From Vulcanimicrobiales bacterium (GTDB lineage Bacteria; Vulcanimicrobiota; Vulcanimicrobiia; Vulcanimicrobiales; Vulcanimicrobiaceae): 64,000 nt of DNA. Both the position numbers and the translations under genes were made by a program. The notes under the pieces are model-generated. The model had not been told where the DNA came from and did no database searches. It saw nothing but the letters and a program-made list of their open reading frames with translations. Location of the stretch: the NCBI GenBank assembly GCA_038231455.1, contig JBBRLI010000001.1, positions 388,988-452,987 on the forward strand, given 5' to 3'. Of the stretch, positions 29,367 to 39,456 are shown piece by piece (position 1 is the stretch's first letter; every line of letters starts with the position of its first letter).

Positions 29367-30053
29367 ATGATCCGACGTTCTGCGCTCGCAGTCTTTACTG
29401 CGCTGCTCTTCACCGCGAATGCGGCCTTTGCCGATGACAAAGACGCCCCCAAACTTTCTTCGATGCCGACGGCAACCGAAGCCAAAGTCGTCGCGCAAAT
29501 CCAATCCGAGCTTCCGAAATTCTACGCCACGACCGCGATGGCCGAAAAAGCCGGCTACACGCGCTATACGAACGAAGATAAAACCGGCGCGATCAGCTAC
29601 GCGAGCAGCAAGTCGTGGGAATCGACCGATATCAAATATCCCGCGCAGCTCTGGTACGATGTCAAAGGCAAATTGATCGGCGCCGACTACGCGCAGCTCA
29701 AAGCAAACCACCCAACGGCAACATCGATCCTCGGCCTGGAAGCCGCCCGCGGCGAATCATTCCCCGCACACGTTCACTACGTGACCAAGTCCGAAGGCGC
29801 GATGACGTACGGCATGGCGACGCGCGTGAAGAAATATGAAGAAGCCAACGGCGTCGGCTCGAGTGCGAAGCCGACCGCTGAAGGTCTCGTGAAAGCCGAA
29901 GCCAAGGGCGTCAAAGCCGCGAGCGACGTTGCTTTCGTCTTTCTGTTCCCGGCGATCTGGAACGTCTCGGTCTGGATTGTCCCCAATCCCAGCGGTGCGT
30001 TTGCCGACAAGAATCCGAACGTCAAAGCAACGGCGACCGCCAAAGACGAATAA
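29367..30053 (+). CDS. Hypothetical secreted protein
   Basis: Sec signal (AAFA), AAGGTG RBS, strong codon bias and its own terminator. Confidence 0.75.
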   Translation: MIRRSALAVFTALLFTANAAFADDKDAPKLSSMPTATEAKVVAQIQSELPKFYATTAMAEKAGYTRYTNEDKTGAISYASSKSWESTDIKYPAQLWYDVKGKLIGADYAQLKANHPTATSILGLEAARGESFPAHVHYVTKSEGAMTYGMATRVKKYEEANGVGSSAKPTAEGLVKAEAKGVKAASDVAFVFLFPAIWNVSVWIVPNPSGAFADKNPNVKATATAKDE

Positions 30054-30069
30054 CCGCGCGGCGCGCAAC

Positions 30070-30108
30070 AAAAAGCCGACCGGTGATTGCATCATCGGTC
30101 GGCTTTTT
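30070..30108 (+). terminator. Rho-independent terminator (potentially bidirectional)
   Basis: aaaaagccgaccggtgat-tgc-atcatcggtcggcttttt. Confidence 0.85.
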
Positions 30109-30163
30109 CGTTTCGGTAGGTCGGCTTACACGAGCGAACGCGAGCGCGTGTTAAGACATCGGT

Positions 30164-30631
30164 ATGATAACTGCACAATCGCGGGAGCGCATCGAACGCT
30201 TCTCCCTCGCCGCGGGGGCAATCGTCACCCGCTATTCCATCGTGACCCTGTTGCTGCTTTTTGGCGCGATGAAATGGACGCCGGCAGAAGCGCACGGCAT
30301 CGAATCGCTCATCCGTCATAGCCCACTTTGGAGTTGGCTGTACGGTCCGCTTGGCGTGCAGGGCACCTCGATTTTCTTCGGCGTCTTCGAAGTCGCCGCG
30401 GCCATTGCAATCGCACTGCGTCCCTGGTTGCCGCTCGTTTCCGCCGCGGGCAGCGCGTTTTGCATCGTGATGTTCTTGACGACGCTCTCGTTCTTGATCA
30501 CGACCCCGGGATTGATCGCCGATCCCGGCGCCGGTTTCATCATGAAGGACGCCGTCCTGCTCGGCGGTTCGGTTTGGACGCTCGGTGAGGCGCTCCGCGC
30601 CGTCCGCGAACGCCGCGCGGGAATCCGGTAA
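30164..30631 (+). CDS. DUF417 (YkgB/RclC-like) membrane protein
   Basis: FGAMKW...EA.GI..LI..SP, TTLSFLITTPG and F.MKD motifs. Confidence 0.85.
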   Translation: MITAQSRERIERFSLAAGAIVTRYSIVTLLLLFGAMKWTPAEAHGIESLIRHSPLWSWLYGPLGVQGTSIFFGVFEVAAAIAIALRPWLPLVSAAGSAFCIVMFLTTLSFLITTPGLIADPGAGFIMKDAVLLGGSVWTLGEALRAVRERRAGIR

Positions 30632-30675
30632 TGCGGCCCACATTCGTTTCGAAAGTCTGCGCGTATGATGGCGCC

Positions 30676-31755
30676 ATGAAACGCATTGCATTCGCCTCCA
30701 TCGCTCTTGCTGCAGCGACCGTCATTGCAGCTCCCTCCATCGCATCTGCCGCGCCGCTCGAACGATCCAAAGTCGTTTTACCCTCGGCACTCAGTGTCGA
30801 TCTTGCGGCCAACACCGTCACCGTCAAACTCCATCGCGGGACGGCAAACGGCGCAACCGTTTGGTATACCATTACCGACATCTCCGATGCCGCCGCGGCG
30901 CAGCGCGAAGGCGCGATTTTTTCCGCAGCGCTCGCCGAAATCGGCGATGCCCAGGATGTTCAAGGCGACCCGACGTCATTCAAATTCAGCGGGACCGTCG
31001 ACTTCTCACCGAAACGCGTGCTCGAATCTTCCGCCGATGGGAATGTCACTGGAGCCCAGCCGGGTAGCGTCGGAAGCAGCACCTATTCCCCGTTCGTGCG
31101 CGTTGCCGGAACGAAAACGATCTACAACGCACCGATCGTTGCAAGCGGCGAACATCCGCACGACGTCACGACGCACACCGACACGCTCGATCGCATCGTT
31201 GCGATCGATACCAAAGACGCAGCAAACGCGCATGCGACGCTCGTTCTCGCCCGCGGATTTACGGCCGGAAAACCGATCGCCTACATCTCGACGGACGCAT
31301 CGGATGCGGGCGCCGCAGCGATCGAACGTTGCACCTACGCGCCGCGACTTGCCAAGGCATCGAACGCCGCACGCGTGCCGATCTTCGTCTTCTTCAGCGG
31401 CAAAAACGATGCCGACGGTCAAGGCGTAGCCTTCGCCGCGATCCACGGACACCTCGGTACCGATGCGACGCAAGCGAATGCCGCGACACTTGGCTCTCCG
31501 CTGAATATCCAATCGACATTCCCCGGAAGCGCGACGGAAGAAACCGGCTACACGCCACTCTGGAATGTCGAAGCCGGCGTCTGGACATCGACGGCAAGTA
31601 AAGACGGCAAAGCGCGCGTGCTCCGTTCACCCGAAGCCGTGACTGCCGAAGTTCGTTCGGGCTCCGTTACGGGACCCGGCGGCAAGCCGTTCGGAACCGT
31701 TGGCATCGCGGTCAACTGCCCCGTGGTCGCGTACGTTGCAGATCGCCCGCGCTAA
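30676..31755 (+). CDS. Hypothetical secreted protein with internal two-fold repeat (YSPF/YTPLW)
   Basis: Sec signal, repeated Y..TD.SD and Y(S/T)P motifs, C-terminal VNCP. Confidence 0.7.
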   Translation: MKRIAFASIALAAATVIAAPSIASAAPLERSKVVLPSALSVDLAANTVTVKLHRGTANGATVWYTITDISDAAAAQREGAIFSAALAEIGDAQDVQGDPTSFKFSGTVDFSPKRVLESSADGNVTGAQPGSVGSSTYSPFVRVAGTKTIYNAPIVASGEHPHDVTTHTDTLDRIVAIDTKDAANAHATLVLARGFTAGKPIAYISTDASDAGAAAIERCTYAPRLAKASNAARVPIFVFFSGKNDADGQGVAFAAIHGHLGTDATQANAATLGSPLNIQSTFPGSATEETGYTPLWNVEAGVWTSTASKDGKARVLRSPEAVTAEVRSGSVTGPGGKPFGTVGIAVNCPVVAYVADRPR

Positions 31756-33778
31756 AGGCCGGATCGGCACGCGCATCGCGCTTGCCTTTTCGATCACGTT
31801 GGGTCTTGCGAGCGCAGCGATGGTCGTTGCTTTCGTGGCCCTAGGACTCATCGACCAAAGTGCGATCGCTCTTAGCGATCTCGTTGCGGCAACGCAAACG
31901 ATCGACGATGCGCAATTGCGCTTGGTCGAAGCAGAGTCGGCGGCACGCTCGTATGTCGATACGGGAGATCCGCGCGAACGCAAGGTCACAAATGATGCCG
32001 TCACCCAGGCGCGATCCGACTTTTCCGCCGTACTCGCGCTTCCGGGACTGCCCGCAGAACTCACGGCGGCCATCCACGACGTGCAACCGCGCGCCGACGC
32101 TGCGCTCACCTTTTACGCAAGCCAAGTCGCACTCGTCGACGCGGGAAAAAAGAACGACGCGATCGATCATCTTTCCGACGGGAAGGCGTTCGCGGATGAG
32201 TTGCGTCTCAAATTTGCCGCGGTTGCGACGACGACGCGCAGCGTGATCGATTCGAAGCGTGCGCAATCGCAACGCACGCTGACGGTCTCGGTATTCGTTC
32301 TGCTCGCCGCCGGGTTGCTCGCGATCGGCATCGGAATTCTCGTCGCGCGCCGCATAAGTTCCGACATCGCACGACGCCTGCAACGTGTCGACACCGCAAT
32401 CCGTGACGCCGTCGACGGCGAGATCGCCCGGTTTGCCGAAGCATTCGGCCGGCTCGCCGAGGGCGACCTTACGGCCGCCGTCGCAACATCGGCGCGGCCG
32501 ATCGGGCCGCTTGGCTCCGATGAAATCGGCTCGCTTGCCGCGAGTTACGACGCGCTCGGCACCGGCCTTGAGCGCATGGTCGCCGGCTACGCTGTGACGA
32601 CGACGCGACTCGGCGAAACGCTCGCCCATGTCGCAGCGACGGGACGCGAAATTACCACGTCCTCCGGCGACCTTGCCGTCGCATCGACCGCAACCCGTCA
32701 AGCCGCGCACGAAATCGCCGAGGCGATGCGCTACCTTGCAGAAGGCGCGCGCGAACAAACGGATATCGCCGGTCGGATTGAGAGTGCGACGCATCAACTG
32801 CAAGACATCTCGGCCTCGATCGCCTCCGGTGCACGCGAGCAAGAAAGCGAAGTGAGCGCCGTGCTCGTCGCCGTGCGTGAAACGCAAGGGGAGATCACGA
32901 CGGTCTCGCGTGTGAGCGCCGAACTCGCCGAAACGGCACGCACGGCAAACGGCGCCGCGCTCGAAGGTCGGGAGAAAGTCGAGCGGTCACGCGAAGCGCT
33001 CGACCGACTCTCAATCTCAACGGGAGCCGTGCAACGCACGATCGCAGAACTAGCGGAACGGTCGGCCGCGATCGAATCGATCGTCGAAACGATCGAAGAC
33101 ATCGGCGCGCGCACGAACCTGCTCGCGCTCAATGCCGCAATCGAAGCCGCCCGCGCGGGCGAGCACGGCCGCGGATTCGCGGTCGTCGCCGATGAGGTCG
33201 GGAAGCTCGCCGTCAGTTCGCAGGCATCGGCCCGCGAAGTCGCGCAGATTCTCTCCGGAATCCGCACGAACACCTTGCACGCAACCCAAGTGATGGGTGT
33301 CTCAGCTGCGGAGATTGCAACCGGCGTGGAACTCGCAAAGGCAAGTGCGGCGGCGTTCGACACCTTCGAGCGCACCGCCGGGATCGCCGACCGCACCGCA
33401 GGCGCACTCGATGCGCGTTCCGCCGCGATCCGGAGTTCGATCGAGTCGCTCGCCGCGCACATGGATGGATTCTCGGTCGTCGCCGAGGCGAACGGCGAGG
33501 CGGCCGTTTCGCTTAAGAGCGCCCTCACCGACCTCGCCGCCATCGTCACGGCGATCGCCCGCGGCACGGCAAACCAGCAAGTCATCTCCGAAGAGGTGGC
33601 GGCTTCCGGTGCAGCCCTCGGCGATCAGACCGCCACGGTTCAAAAAGCGGCGGACTCGCTCTACATGAATGCTGAAAAACTTGCCGCTCTCGTTGGGCGG
33701 TTCCGCACGGACACCGAGGTGCGAGCCATCGACGCTGAGCCGAACGATGTTCGAGCCTTACGAGCGGTCGCGAGTTAG
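31736..33778 (+). CDS. Methyl-accepting chemotaxis protein (CHASE3-like sensor, HAMP)
   Basis: Two TM helices, DEIGSL HAMP motif, [29 protein letters not shown]. Start uncertain. Confidence 0.9.
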   Translation: MQIARAKGRIGTRIALAFSITLGLASAAMVVAFVALGLIDQSAIALSDLVAATQTIDDAQLRLVEAESAARSYVDTGDPRERKVTNDAVTQARSDFSAVLALPGLPAELTAAIHDVQPRADAALTFYASQVALVDAGKKNDAIDHLSDGKAFADELRLKFAAVATTTRSVIDSKRAQSQRTLTVSVFVLLAAGLLAIGIGILVARRISSDIARRLQRVDTAIRDAVDGEIARFAEAFGRLAEGDLTAAVATSARPIGPLGSDEIGSLAASYDALGTGLERMVAGYAVTTTRLGETLAHVAATGREITTSSGDLAVASTATRQAAHEIAEAMRYLAEGAREQTDIAGRIESATHQLQDISASIASGAREQESEVSAVLVAVRETQGEITTVSRVSAELAETARTANGAALEGREKVERSREALDRLSISTGAVQRTIAELAERSAAIESIVETIEDIGARTNLLALNAAIEAARAGEHGRGFAVVADEVGKLAVSSQASAREVAQILSGIRTNTLHATQVMGVSAAEIATGVELAKASAAAFDTFERTAGIADRTAGALDARSAAIRSSIESLAAHMDGFSVVAEANGEAAVSLKSALTDLAAIVTAIARGTANQQVISEEVAASGAALGDQTATVQKAADSLYMNAEKLAALVGRFRTDTEVRAIDAEPNDVRALRAVAS

Positions 33779-33828
33779 TGGGTCTCTACGCGCAACCTCG
33801 GCACGGTCTCGAGCGTCAGGAGCGATGG

Positions 33829-34209
33829 ATGCTCGCCATTTCCTTCGCCAAAGACTCGGCTCTCACAGGCCTCGCTGCCGAGAACACGATCGCGCAGCTG
33901 GAGGCGCTCGGAATCCGTGTCGCTGCAGACGAATCGCCTCCGGTCGAACGGATCGCCCCACGGTTCGGCCTGCCGCCTTCGTGTGTCTGGTTCGTCACTG
34001 CGCAGCATGCCGATGCCGTAGCGGCTCGTGCAGGCGGCCTCAACGTCATCCTCATCGATGCGCAGGCACCGCTCACACTCGAACCGAACGCCGACGGCCT
34101 GCATCACGCGCCAGGTATCGAGGACGTCTTGGAAATCGTGCGCATACCCTACACGCGCTCAGCGCTCAACATGCGTTATATCATGCGTACCGTGCTTTCA
34201 TTCGATTAG
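33829..34209 (+). CDS. Hypothetical protein resembling a degenerate HAD-fold C-terminus
   Basis: AGGAG RBS. FGLPPSCVWFV...DAVAARAGGL resembles the HAD motif IV region. Confidence 0.5.
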   Translation: MLAISFAKDSALTGLAAENTIAQLEALGIRVAADESPPVERIAPRFGLPPSCVWFVTAQHADAVAARAGGLNVILIDAQAPLTLEPNADGLHHAPGIEDVLEIVRIPYTRSALNMRYIMRTVLSFD

Positions 34210-34216
34210 CGCCGCG

Positions 34217-34894
34217 ATGATCGAGAACGCTGTCTGGTATCTCAAGCGCAATCGCCTTTTCGATCGCATCAGCGATGAAGTCGTGCGCGGCATATCACAT
34301 CTCTTCGTCCAGACCGAATATCCGCGCCGCACGGTTCTTTTCGATCAAGGCGATCCTGCCCGCATGGTGTACCTCGTTAAGCGGGGGAAAGTTCGCATCA
34401 GCAGACTCAGCGAAGACGGAAAAGAAATTACAATTGCGGTGCTTGGCGCAGGCGACCTCTTCGGCGAGGAAGTCGTCTTCTCACAGAACGTCGAGCGCAC
34501 GACGCAAGCAACGTGTATCGAAGATTCGTTCATCTGCGTATCGCGCATGCAAGACCTCTATGGCATCATGTCGAGCAATCCGATCGTCGCTCTCAACATC
34601 GCTAAATACCTCGCCGAACAGCGCGACGACGCCCTCGCCTCGATGGAAGATATCGCATCGCTGCGCGTTCCCGAGCGGCTCTTGAAAATGTTTGCGCGGC
34701 TAGCGGAAGATCACGGCGTGCCGACGGACGCCGGCACGCGCATCGACGTACGTCTCACGCATGCGCAAATGGCATCGCTCGTCGGAAGCACGCGCGAGAC
34801 CGTCTCCCTAGAACTTGCGAATCTCGTCCGCGCCGGACGCATCATTAGCGAGGGCCATACCTACGTGCTGCCCGCACTAGCTGCTGCCGGTTAA
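34217..34894 (+). CDS. Crp/Fnr family transcriptional regulator
   Basis: cNMP domain (GDLFGE) and HTH LTHAQMASLVGSTRETVS. Confidence 0.92.
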   Translation: MIENAVWYLKRNRLFDRISDEVVRGISHLFVQTEYPRRTVLFDQGDPARMVYLVKRGKVRISRLSEDGKEITIAVLGAGDLFGEEVVFSQNVERTTQATCIEDSFICVSRMQDLYGIMSSNPIVALNIAKYLAEQRDDALASMEDIASLRVPERLLKMFARLAEDHGVPTDAGTRIDVRLTHAQMASLVGSTRETVSLELANLVRAGRIISEGHTYVLPALAAAG

Positions 34895-34900
34895 CTACGC

Positions 34901-35377
34901 TTACATCTGCTGAAGCAACCGTTTCAGAACGGCGATCGCCGTGTCACCGTTAGATTTGCCGCCCATCGTTCCAACGACGACGGCCTTCGTGCCTTTGATC
35001 GCCGCTGCGGTGTAGCCGAAGTACGACGTTGATACGAAGGCCTGCTCGCCGATCCCCGAGAGCGTTCTAAACCCTTTGTAGCTTTTGTATTCGCTCGGCG
35101 GATAGTAGCGCGCCGGAACGATTTGCACGTTCAATGCAGCGTCGCTGCGGCCGGGACTATCCCAGTGGCACGAGTTCGACTGTGGAATCGGCACGACGAT
35201 GGTCGAGACGTGGAGATCCAAGCCCCACCACGCTCGTAGCTCGTTTGCGGAGAGCATCGTGCAAACGTTTTTCGCGGCTAATGCGGGAGACGTTGCGCCC
35301 GCGGCGATTACTGCAGAACAGAGCGTGAAAAGCGCTGCGAAACGCAACGTCCATCGCCGGGCTATCCGATTCATCAT
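34901..35377 (-). CDS. Hypothetical secreted protein (two Cys)
   Basis: Signal peptide (PALA), VCTMLS...CHW and LSGIGEQAF. Confidence 0.6.
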   Translation of the reverse strand: MMNRIARRWTLRFAALFTLCSAVIAAGATSPALAAKNVCTMLSANELRAWWGLDLHVSTIVVPIPQSNSCHWDSPGRSDAALNVQIVPARYYPPSEYKSYKGFRTLSGIGEQAFVSTSYFGYTAAAIKGTKAVVVGTMGGKSNGDTAIAVLKRLLQQM

Positions 35378-35441
35378 GTTGGTGGCCTTTCTTGAGTGAG
35401 GTAGAAGCATGGGGCGGTGACGGTCTTCGTGAAGATCGACC

Positions 35442-36566
35442 TTACCATGATGGGAGACATCCGCGCGGTCCCGCGATCGTGACGTAAAGCAAATACGAGC
35501 CGTCGTAATATGTCCCGTATTCCGGATGGCCGTCCTTGAGGGCATCCGGACGATGCATCTCGATCGACTGCCAGCGAACCGACCAACTTACGTGCGTCGG
35601 ATCCATCGTCGAATCGAATCTCACTTCGCCGCTTCCTCCGACCATCTGCACGCTGTCGAGAACGAAACCGCGGTTGAGCGCAATGCGGTACGAGTCGGTA
35701 CCGGCCCCTGCGGATTTTCGAAGATGGAACGCGCTGAAGCATTGGCCTTGAACGCAATTCGCCCCGAGAATCCAGCCCGATTTGTCAGCGCCCAGCGGTC
35801 CATCGCAATAGTCGTCCGCCGCGCTATGCAGCACATCACCGTGTTCGCAGCTAACGTTGTCCACCGGTCCGATGCCTTCAATTTTTTCCCGTGCCGCAAT
35901 AAATCGCAGTTGGATCGGCTCGGAGTACAATCGGGGATCGGTGACGTGCCTCCCGTCGACTGCTCGACCCGTCACGAGTTGAACGCGGACCGTTTGGTCA
36001 AGAGCGCCGGAGATATCCGGGATACGCGCCGTTACGCGGTTCTCGGTCCATGACAGAACCTGGAGTGTGGTGCTCTGCATCGCCTGCGGTGCATCGAGAC
36101 TTGCGATCGACGATGCCGTGAAGTTGATCGACATCGGTATCTTGCCGCTGGAGCCCATACAGATTCCCGTGAACGTCAGCGTCCCACCCGCGGTAACCTC
36201 ACCGCTCACCTGGTCCACTTCCACCCCGCGCTTCGCGCAATAGTCGAGGGCGGCGTTACTTGGGCGACTCGAATGCGAGACGATCTGAACATTCTGATAG
36301 GACGCTGGTTTCGCACTCGCCGGCGCACTGAATCGCCGCGGCTTCGTCCGTGCCAACTCGGTGATGCGCGCCTGTTTGAACTCGATGATATCCATCACCC
36401 GCCGAATTTGGTTTTTACTGGGAAGCGACACCGGCTTTACCTCCGGCGACGGCGACGGCGCAGCGAGAATTGCGCGCTGAGCCGGGACGTCGGCCGTGGC
36501 GCGCGCGCCAAACGCGAGCGATGCAATGGCGATCGCAAGCGCAAAGGCGGAGCCGCCCGATCTCAC
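35442..36566 (-). CDS. Hypothetical secreted protein with IPT/TIG-like segment
   Basis: GTG overlaps the upstream TGA. Signal peptide, VLSWTENRVTARIP and several Cys. Confidence 0.6.
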   Translation of the reverse strand: MRSGGSAFALAIAIASLAFGARATADVPAQRAILAAPSPSPEVKPVSLPSKNQIRRVMDIIEFKQARITELARTKPRRFSAPASAKPASYQNVQIVSHSSRPSNAALDYCAKRGVEVDQVSGEVTAGGTLTFTGICMGSSGKIPMSINFTASSIASLDAPQAMQSTTLQVLSWTENRVTARIPDISGALDQTVRVQLVTGRAVDGRHVTDPRLYSEPIQLRFIAAREKIEGIGPVDNVSCEHGDVLHSAADDYCDGPLGADKSGWILGANCVQGQCFSAFHLRKSAGAGTDSYRIALNRGFVLDSVQMVGGSGEVRFDSTMDPTHVSWSVRWQSIEMHRPDALKDGHPEYGTYYDGSYLLYVTIAGPRGCLPSW

Positions 36567-37753
36567 GGATTCACCGCGGACACTTGACGCATGCCGCTTG
36601 GAATATCGAAGGGCGATGTATCGGTTCCGCTTCGCTGCTGCAAGTTGCCGCGCTCGATCACAACGGTGTACCGGTCGTTGCCTTCGGCCGTTTTCTTTTC
36701 GACCGTATTGGCTTGGTACACCAGAAGCCGATCGCTCGGAATTTTCGTTCCGGCGTGTCGCACGGTACTCGCCGGCTCGCAGCCGTCGTCGTCCGCACGT
36801 TGCGTGGCGGGCGATTCGTTTGCGGCATCGGATGCGACATGCACCGGCGCAAAATATTCGACCCGGGTGGAGGTAACGGTCGTATCCGGGCACGCACTTC
36901 CGCCGTTGGCTACCCGCAACGTCGATTGCGTGCGAAAGCCCGTCGCCTGAACGCCGTCGAGCGTTGTTTGACCGAGGGCATCGATTCGATCCGCGACGGC
37001 CGCCGTTGCATTCCCACCCGTCGTGGACATTGCGGTAGCGGCTGGAGCGCGCGTATATGTCGTCGACCGCACGGTCATCTGACCGATATCGATGAGGTAC
37101 ATCTTGCCGGCATCCGGCTTGATGATCACGATGAACTTCGTGTTGGGATCGTCGATGCGAACCCAACCGTTCGAAGCGATCGTATAGTGACGCAGCGTCC
37201 CTTTTGCATACACGGCCAGTTGTTCGGGCGGCGCCGCGCCCGCAGACTGTTGCCGCGTATCGAAGTGATTCTTGTACTCCGTTTGCGCTGCAAGGAAGCC
37301 CTGTAACATGACCGCGCCGGTCGGACTGACGCGCGGGAGCATATACGTTTGCAAGAGCGTATCGAACTGCCGGTTTCCCGCCATCCCGAGCGCGGTCGTT
37401 AACGGGGCGACCTTCGCGACATCGTCGGTAATCTGAAGGAAGCGTCCGATTTCGCCGCTCGCGGAAACGACGCTGCCGACACCGCTCAGCACGCTACTCG
37501 CGCGGCTCAGCGCGCCGAAGATCGGACTGGCCTTCTTCGGAGCGGCCGGTGCCGGCTGTGCGACCAGCCCCGCATCTTGGCGGAACGATCCCGGCGGCGG
37601 CACCACCGCATTCATAGCGTAGACGTGATCGATCTCGTCGAATTCGACCGCCGTGAAATCCGCGGGTGCCGCTTGCCCCGCTGCGGGAAGCGTCGCTCCG
37701 ACCCCAAGCGAGAGCAGGAACGCGAGGGCAAAACGGACTTGGTTTCTCAGCAT
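36563..37753 (-). CDS. Hypothetical secreted protein
   Basis: GGAGG RBS and signal peptide. RIDD/IIKPD..KMYLID and C-terminal FDIPSG recall DUF4412/LolA-like folds. Confidence 0.65.
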   Translation of the reverse strand: MLRNQVRFALAFLLSLGVGATLPAAGQAAPADFTAVEFDEIDHVYAMNAVVPPPGSFRQDAGLVAQPAPAAPKKASPIFGALSRASSVLSGVGSVVSASGEIGRFLQITDDVAKVAPLTTALGMAGNRQFDTLLQTYMLPRVSPTGAVMLQGFLAAQTEYKNHFDTRQQSAGAAPPEQLAVYAKGTLRHYTIASNGWVRIDDPNTKFIVIIKPDAGKMYLIDIGQMTVRSTTYTRAPAATAMSTTGGNATAAVADRIDALGQTTLDGVQATGFRTQSTLRVANGGSACPDTTVTSTRVEYFAPVHVASDAANESPATQRADDDGCEPASTVRHAGTKIPSDRLLVYQANTVEKKTAEGNDRYTVVIERGNLQQRSGTDTSPFDIPSGMRQVSAVNP

Positions 37754-37914
37754 CGGTTGATCCTCCACGATTGCATGTTGCGCGCCCGTCGACGAGCGCG
37801 CCAGCACCGATGCTAGTTGTGCGGGTTAGTTGTGTGAGTGGTCTCTGGTGAAGGGCCGCACGCCGTGAGATCGTACCGTTGCGCCGTTGTCTGCGCGGAA
37901 CAGAGGATCTCACG

Positions 37915-39456
37915 ATGAAGCTCAGTCGGATTTGGGTGCCACTCGCATGCATGGTCGCCGCGGCCCTCGCCATTACCGCGCCCGCACTGGCCGCGCCGAA
38001 GTTCACCGTGGCATTCGCGGAACACCCCTACACGTTTGCAACGCCGTGCGATCCGGCGAAATCCCTCGTCTTCGTCAATATGGTGCTTCGAAACGGCGCT
38101 GATACGCCGACCGGGCCGGTTCATATTCTCGCGCAGGACGGCGCGCACGCGCTCGAAGGCGACCTGACATTGCCGCAAATTCCAGCCCACATGGACGTCC
38201 AGGTTGCCGTATCGCTCCATCGCAGTGCCGCGAGCGTCGCACCGCTGGTCGGAACGCATCCGATCGCCCTCACCATCGACGCTTCGGGCACCGGCGGCAA
38301 ACAGAACCTGGCTCCGCTCGACGTCGCGATCCCCGCAACGTTCTGCGTTGCCGCCCTCGCAACGCCTACGCCAGCTCCGGCAGCCGCACCGGCGAGCTTC
38401 ACTCCAATTCACTCGCGCGTTCCGATCGCCGCTCTCACAACGCCGACACCGCTACCGCGCTTCGGTGCGAACGCTTCGAAGGTAGCGAATATCAGCGTCC
38501 TCGCTCGCCCTGCCGTTCCTACCAACGTGAAGAACGTCGCGGCCGCAACGGACTGCGGTGCGCACGTTGGCGTACTCGGCGCACTGACGTGTCCCGCAAT
38601 GATCGCCTCGGGCGACCTGCTTTTGATTTGGGATTGGAAAGGCGAGGGCGCACTCACCGATATCGACGGCTACCATATTTATCGCGTCGATTCCGGGCTC
38701 AAAACGCTCGTCGCAACGCGGTCGAACGGCAAAGACCTTACGCTCTTCGACATCGCGCCGCCGGCAGGCGGCTACAGCGGCAAGTGTTACTCCATTACCG
38801 CGTATACGGCGAAAGCGGAGTCTGAATCGAGCTCCGCATTCTGCGCGTCGGGAGGCGCAGTTGCGAAAACCGTTCGCATGCCGGCGAGTCAAGCACGCTC
38901 GTCGACGAAGCGGCATGATGATGCCGGCAACACGATCACCGGAATTGGATCGCTTGCCGGCCGCGGCGCGCCGCCCGCGTTCACAAACGTGATGGTCGGC
39001 TATAGCTACGCATCGGAGAAGCATACGCTCGGCGATTCCGTCTTGAACGTTATCTATCGAGGCGCAGTCGCATTCGACCTAACGACACTAGCGAAGCGCC
39101 GCGTCGTTTCGGCGCGTCTCCATCTCCAGATCGCCGACTCGAAGTGCTTGGGCTGCGTAAAAGCCGGCGGGATATCCGTCGGTAACAACTATTCGTGCAT
39201 CACCACGATTGGATCCGGGAACGAGTTTTGGTGGAGGAATGGCAACTGGATCGAGATCCAACCCAGCGACATCGAGCCAAACGACGTCGGTCCCGACATC
39301 TCGGCGGACGTAACCAAACTGGTCGCCTCATGGGTCGCAGGCGAGCCAAATTACGGATTCGTGCTCTTAAATCGCGATGAACGACTCGGCGCGTTCGATA
39401 ATCGGCAATGTCAGACGTCGTATAGCAATCCCGTTCTTGAAATAACGTATTACTGA
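37915..39456 (+). CDS. Secreted multidomain protein, paralog 1 (Ig/FN3-like plus DNRLRE-like C-terminus)
   Basis: Signal peptide, GAGG RBS, W.W...IDGYHIYR (FN3-like) and ADVTKLVASW..GEPNYGFVL. Confidence 0.7.
   Translation: MKLSRIWVPLACMVAAALAITAPALAAPKFTVAFAEHPYTFATPCDPAKSLVFVNMVLRNGADTPTGPVHILAQDGAHALEGDLTLPQIPAHMDVQVAVSLHRSAASVAPLVGTHPIALTIDASGTGGKQNLAPLDVAIPATFCVAALATPTPAPAAAPASFTPIHSRVPIAALTTPTPLPRFGANASKVANISVLARPAVPTNVKNVAAATDCGAHVGVLGALTCPAMIASGDLLLIWDWKGEGALTDIDGYHIYRVDSGLKTLVATRSNGKDLTLFDIAPPAGGYSGKCYSITAYTAKAESESSSAFCASGGAVAKTVRMPASQARSSTKRHDDAGNTITGIGSLAGRGAPPAFTNVMVGYSYASEKHTLGDSVLNVIYRGAVAFDLTTLAKRRVVSARLHLQIADSKCLGCVKAGGISVGNNYSCITTIGSGNEFWWRNGNWIEIQPSDIEPNDVGPDISADVTKLVASWVAGEPNYGFVLLNRDERLGAFDNRQCQTSYSNPVLEITYY

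Noticed and set aside
36567-37166. N-terminal extension of the 574-aa ORF
   Set aside because: Overlaps the upstream gene in another frame. The signal peptide begins at GTG 36566.
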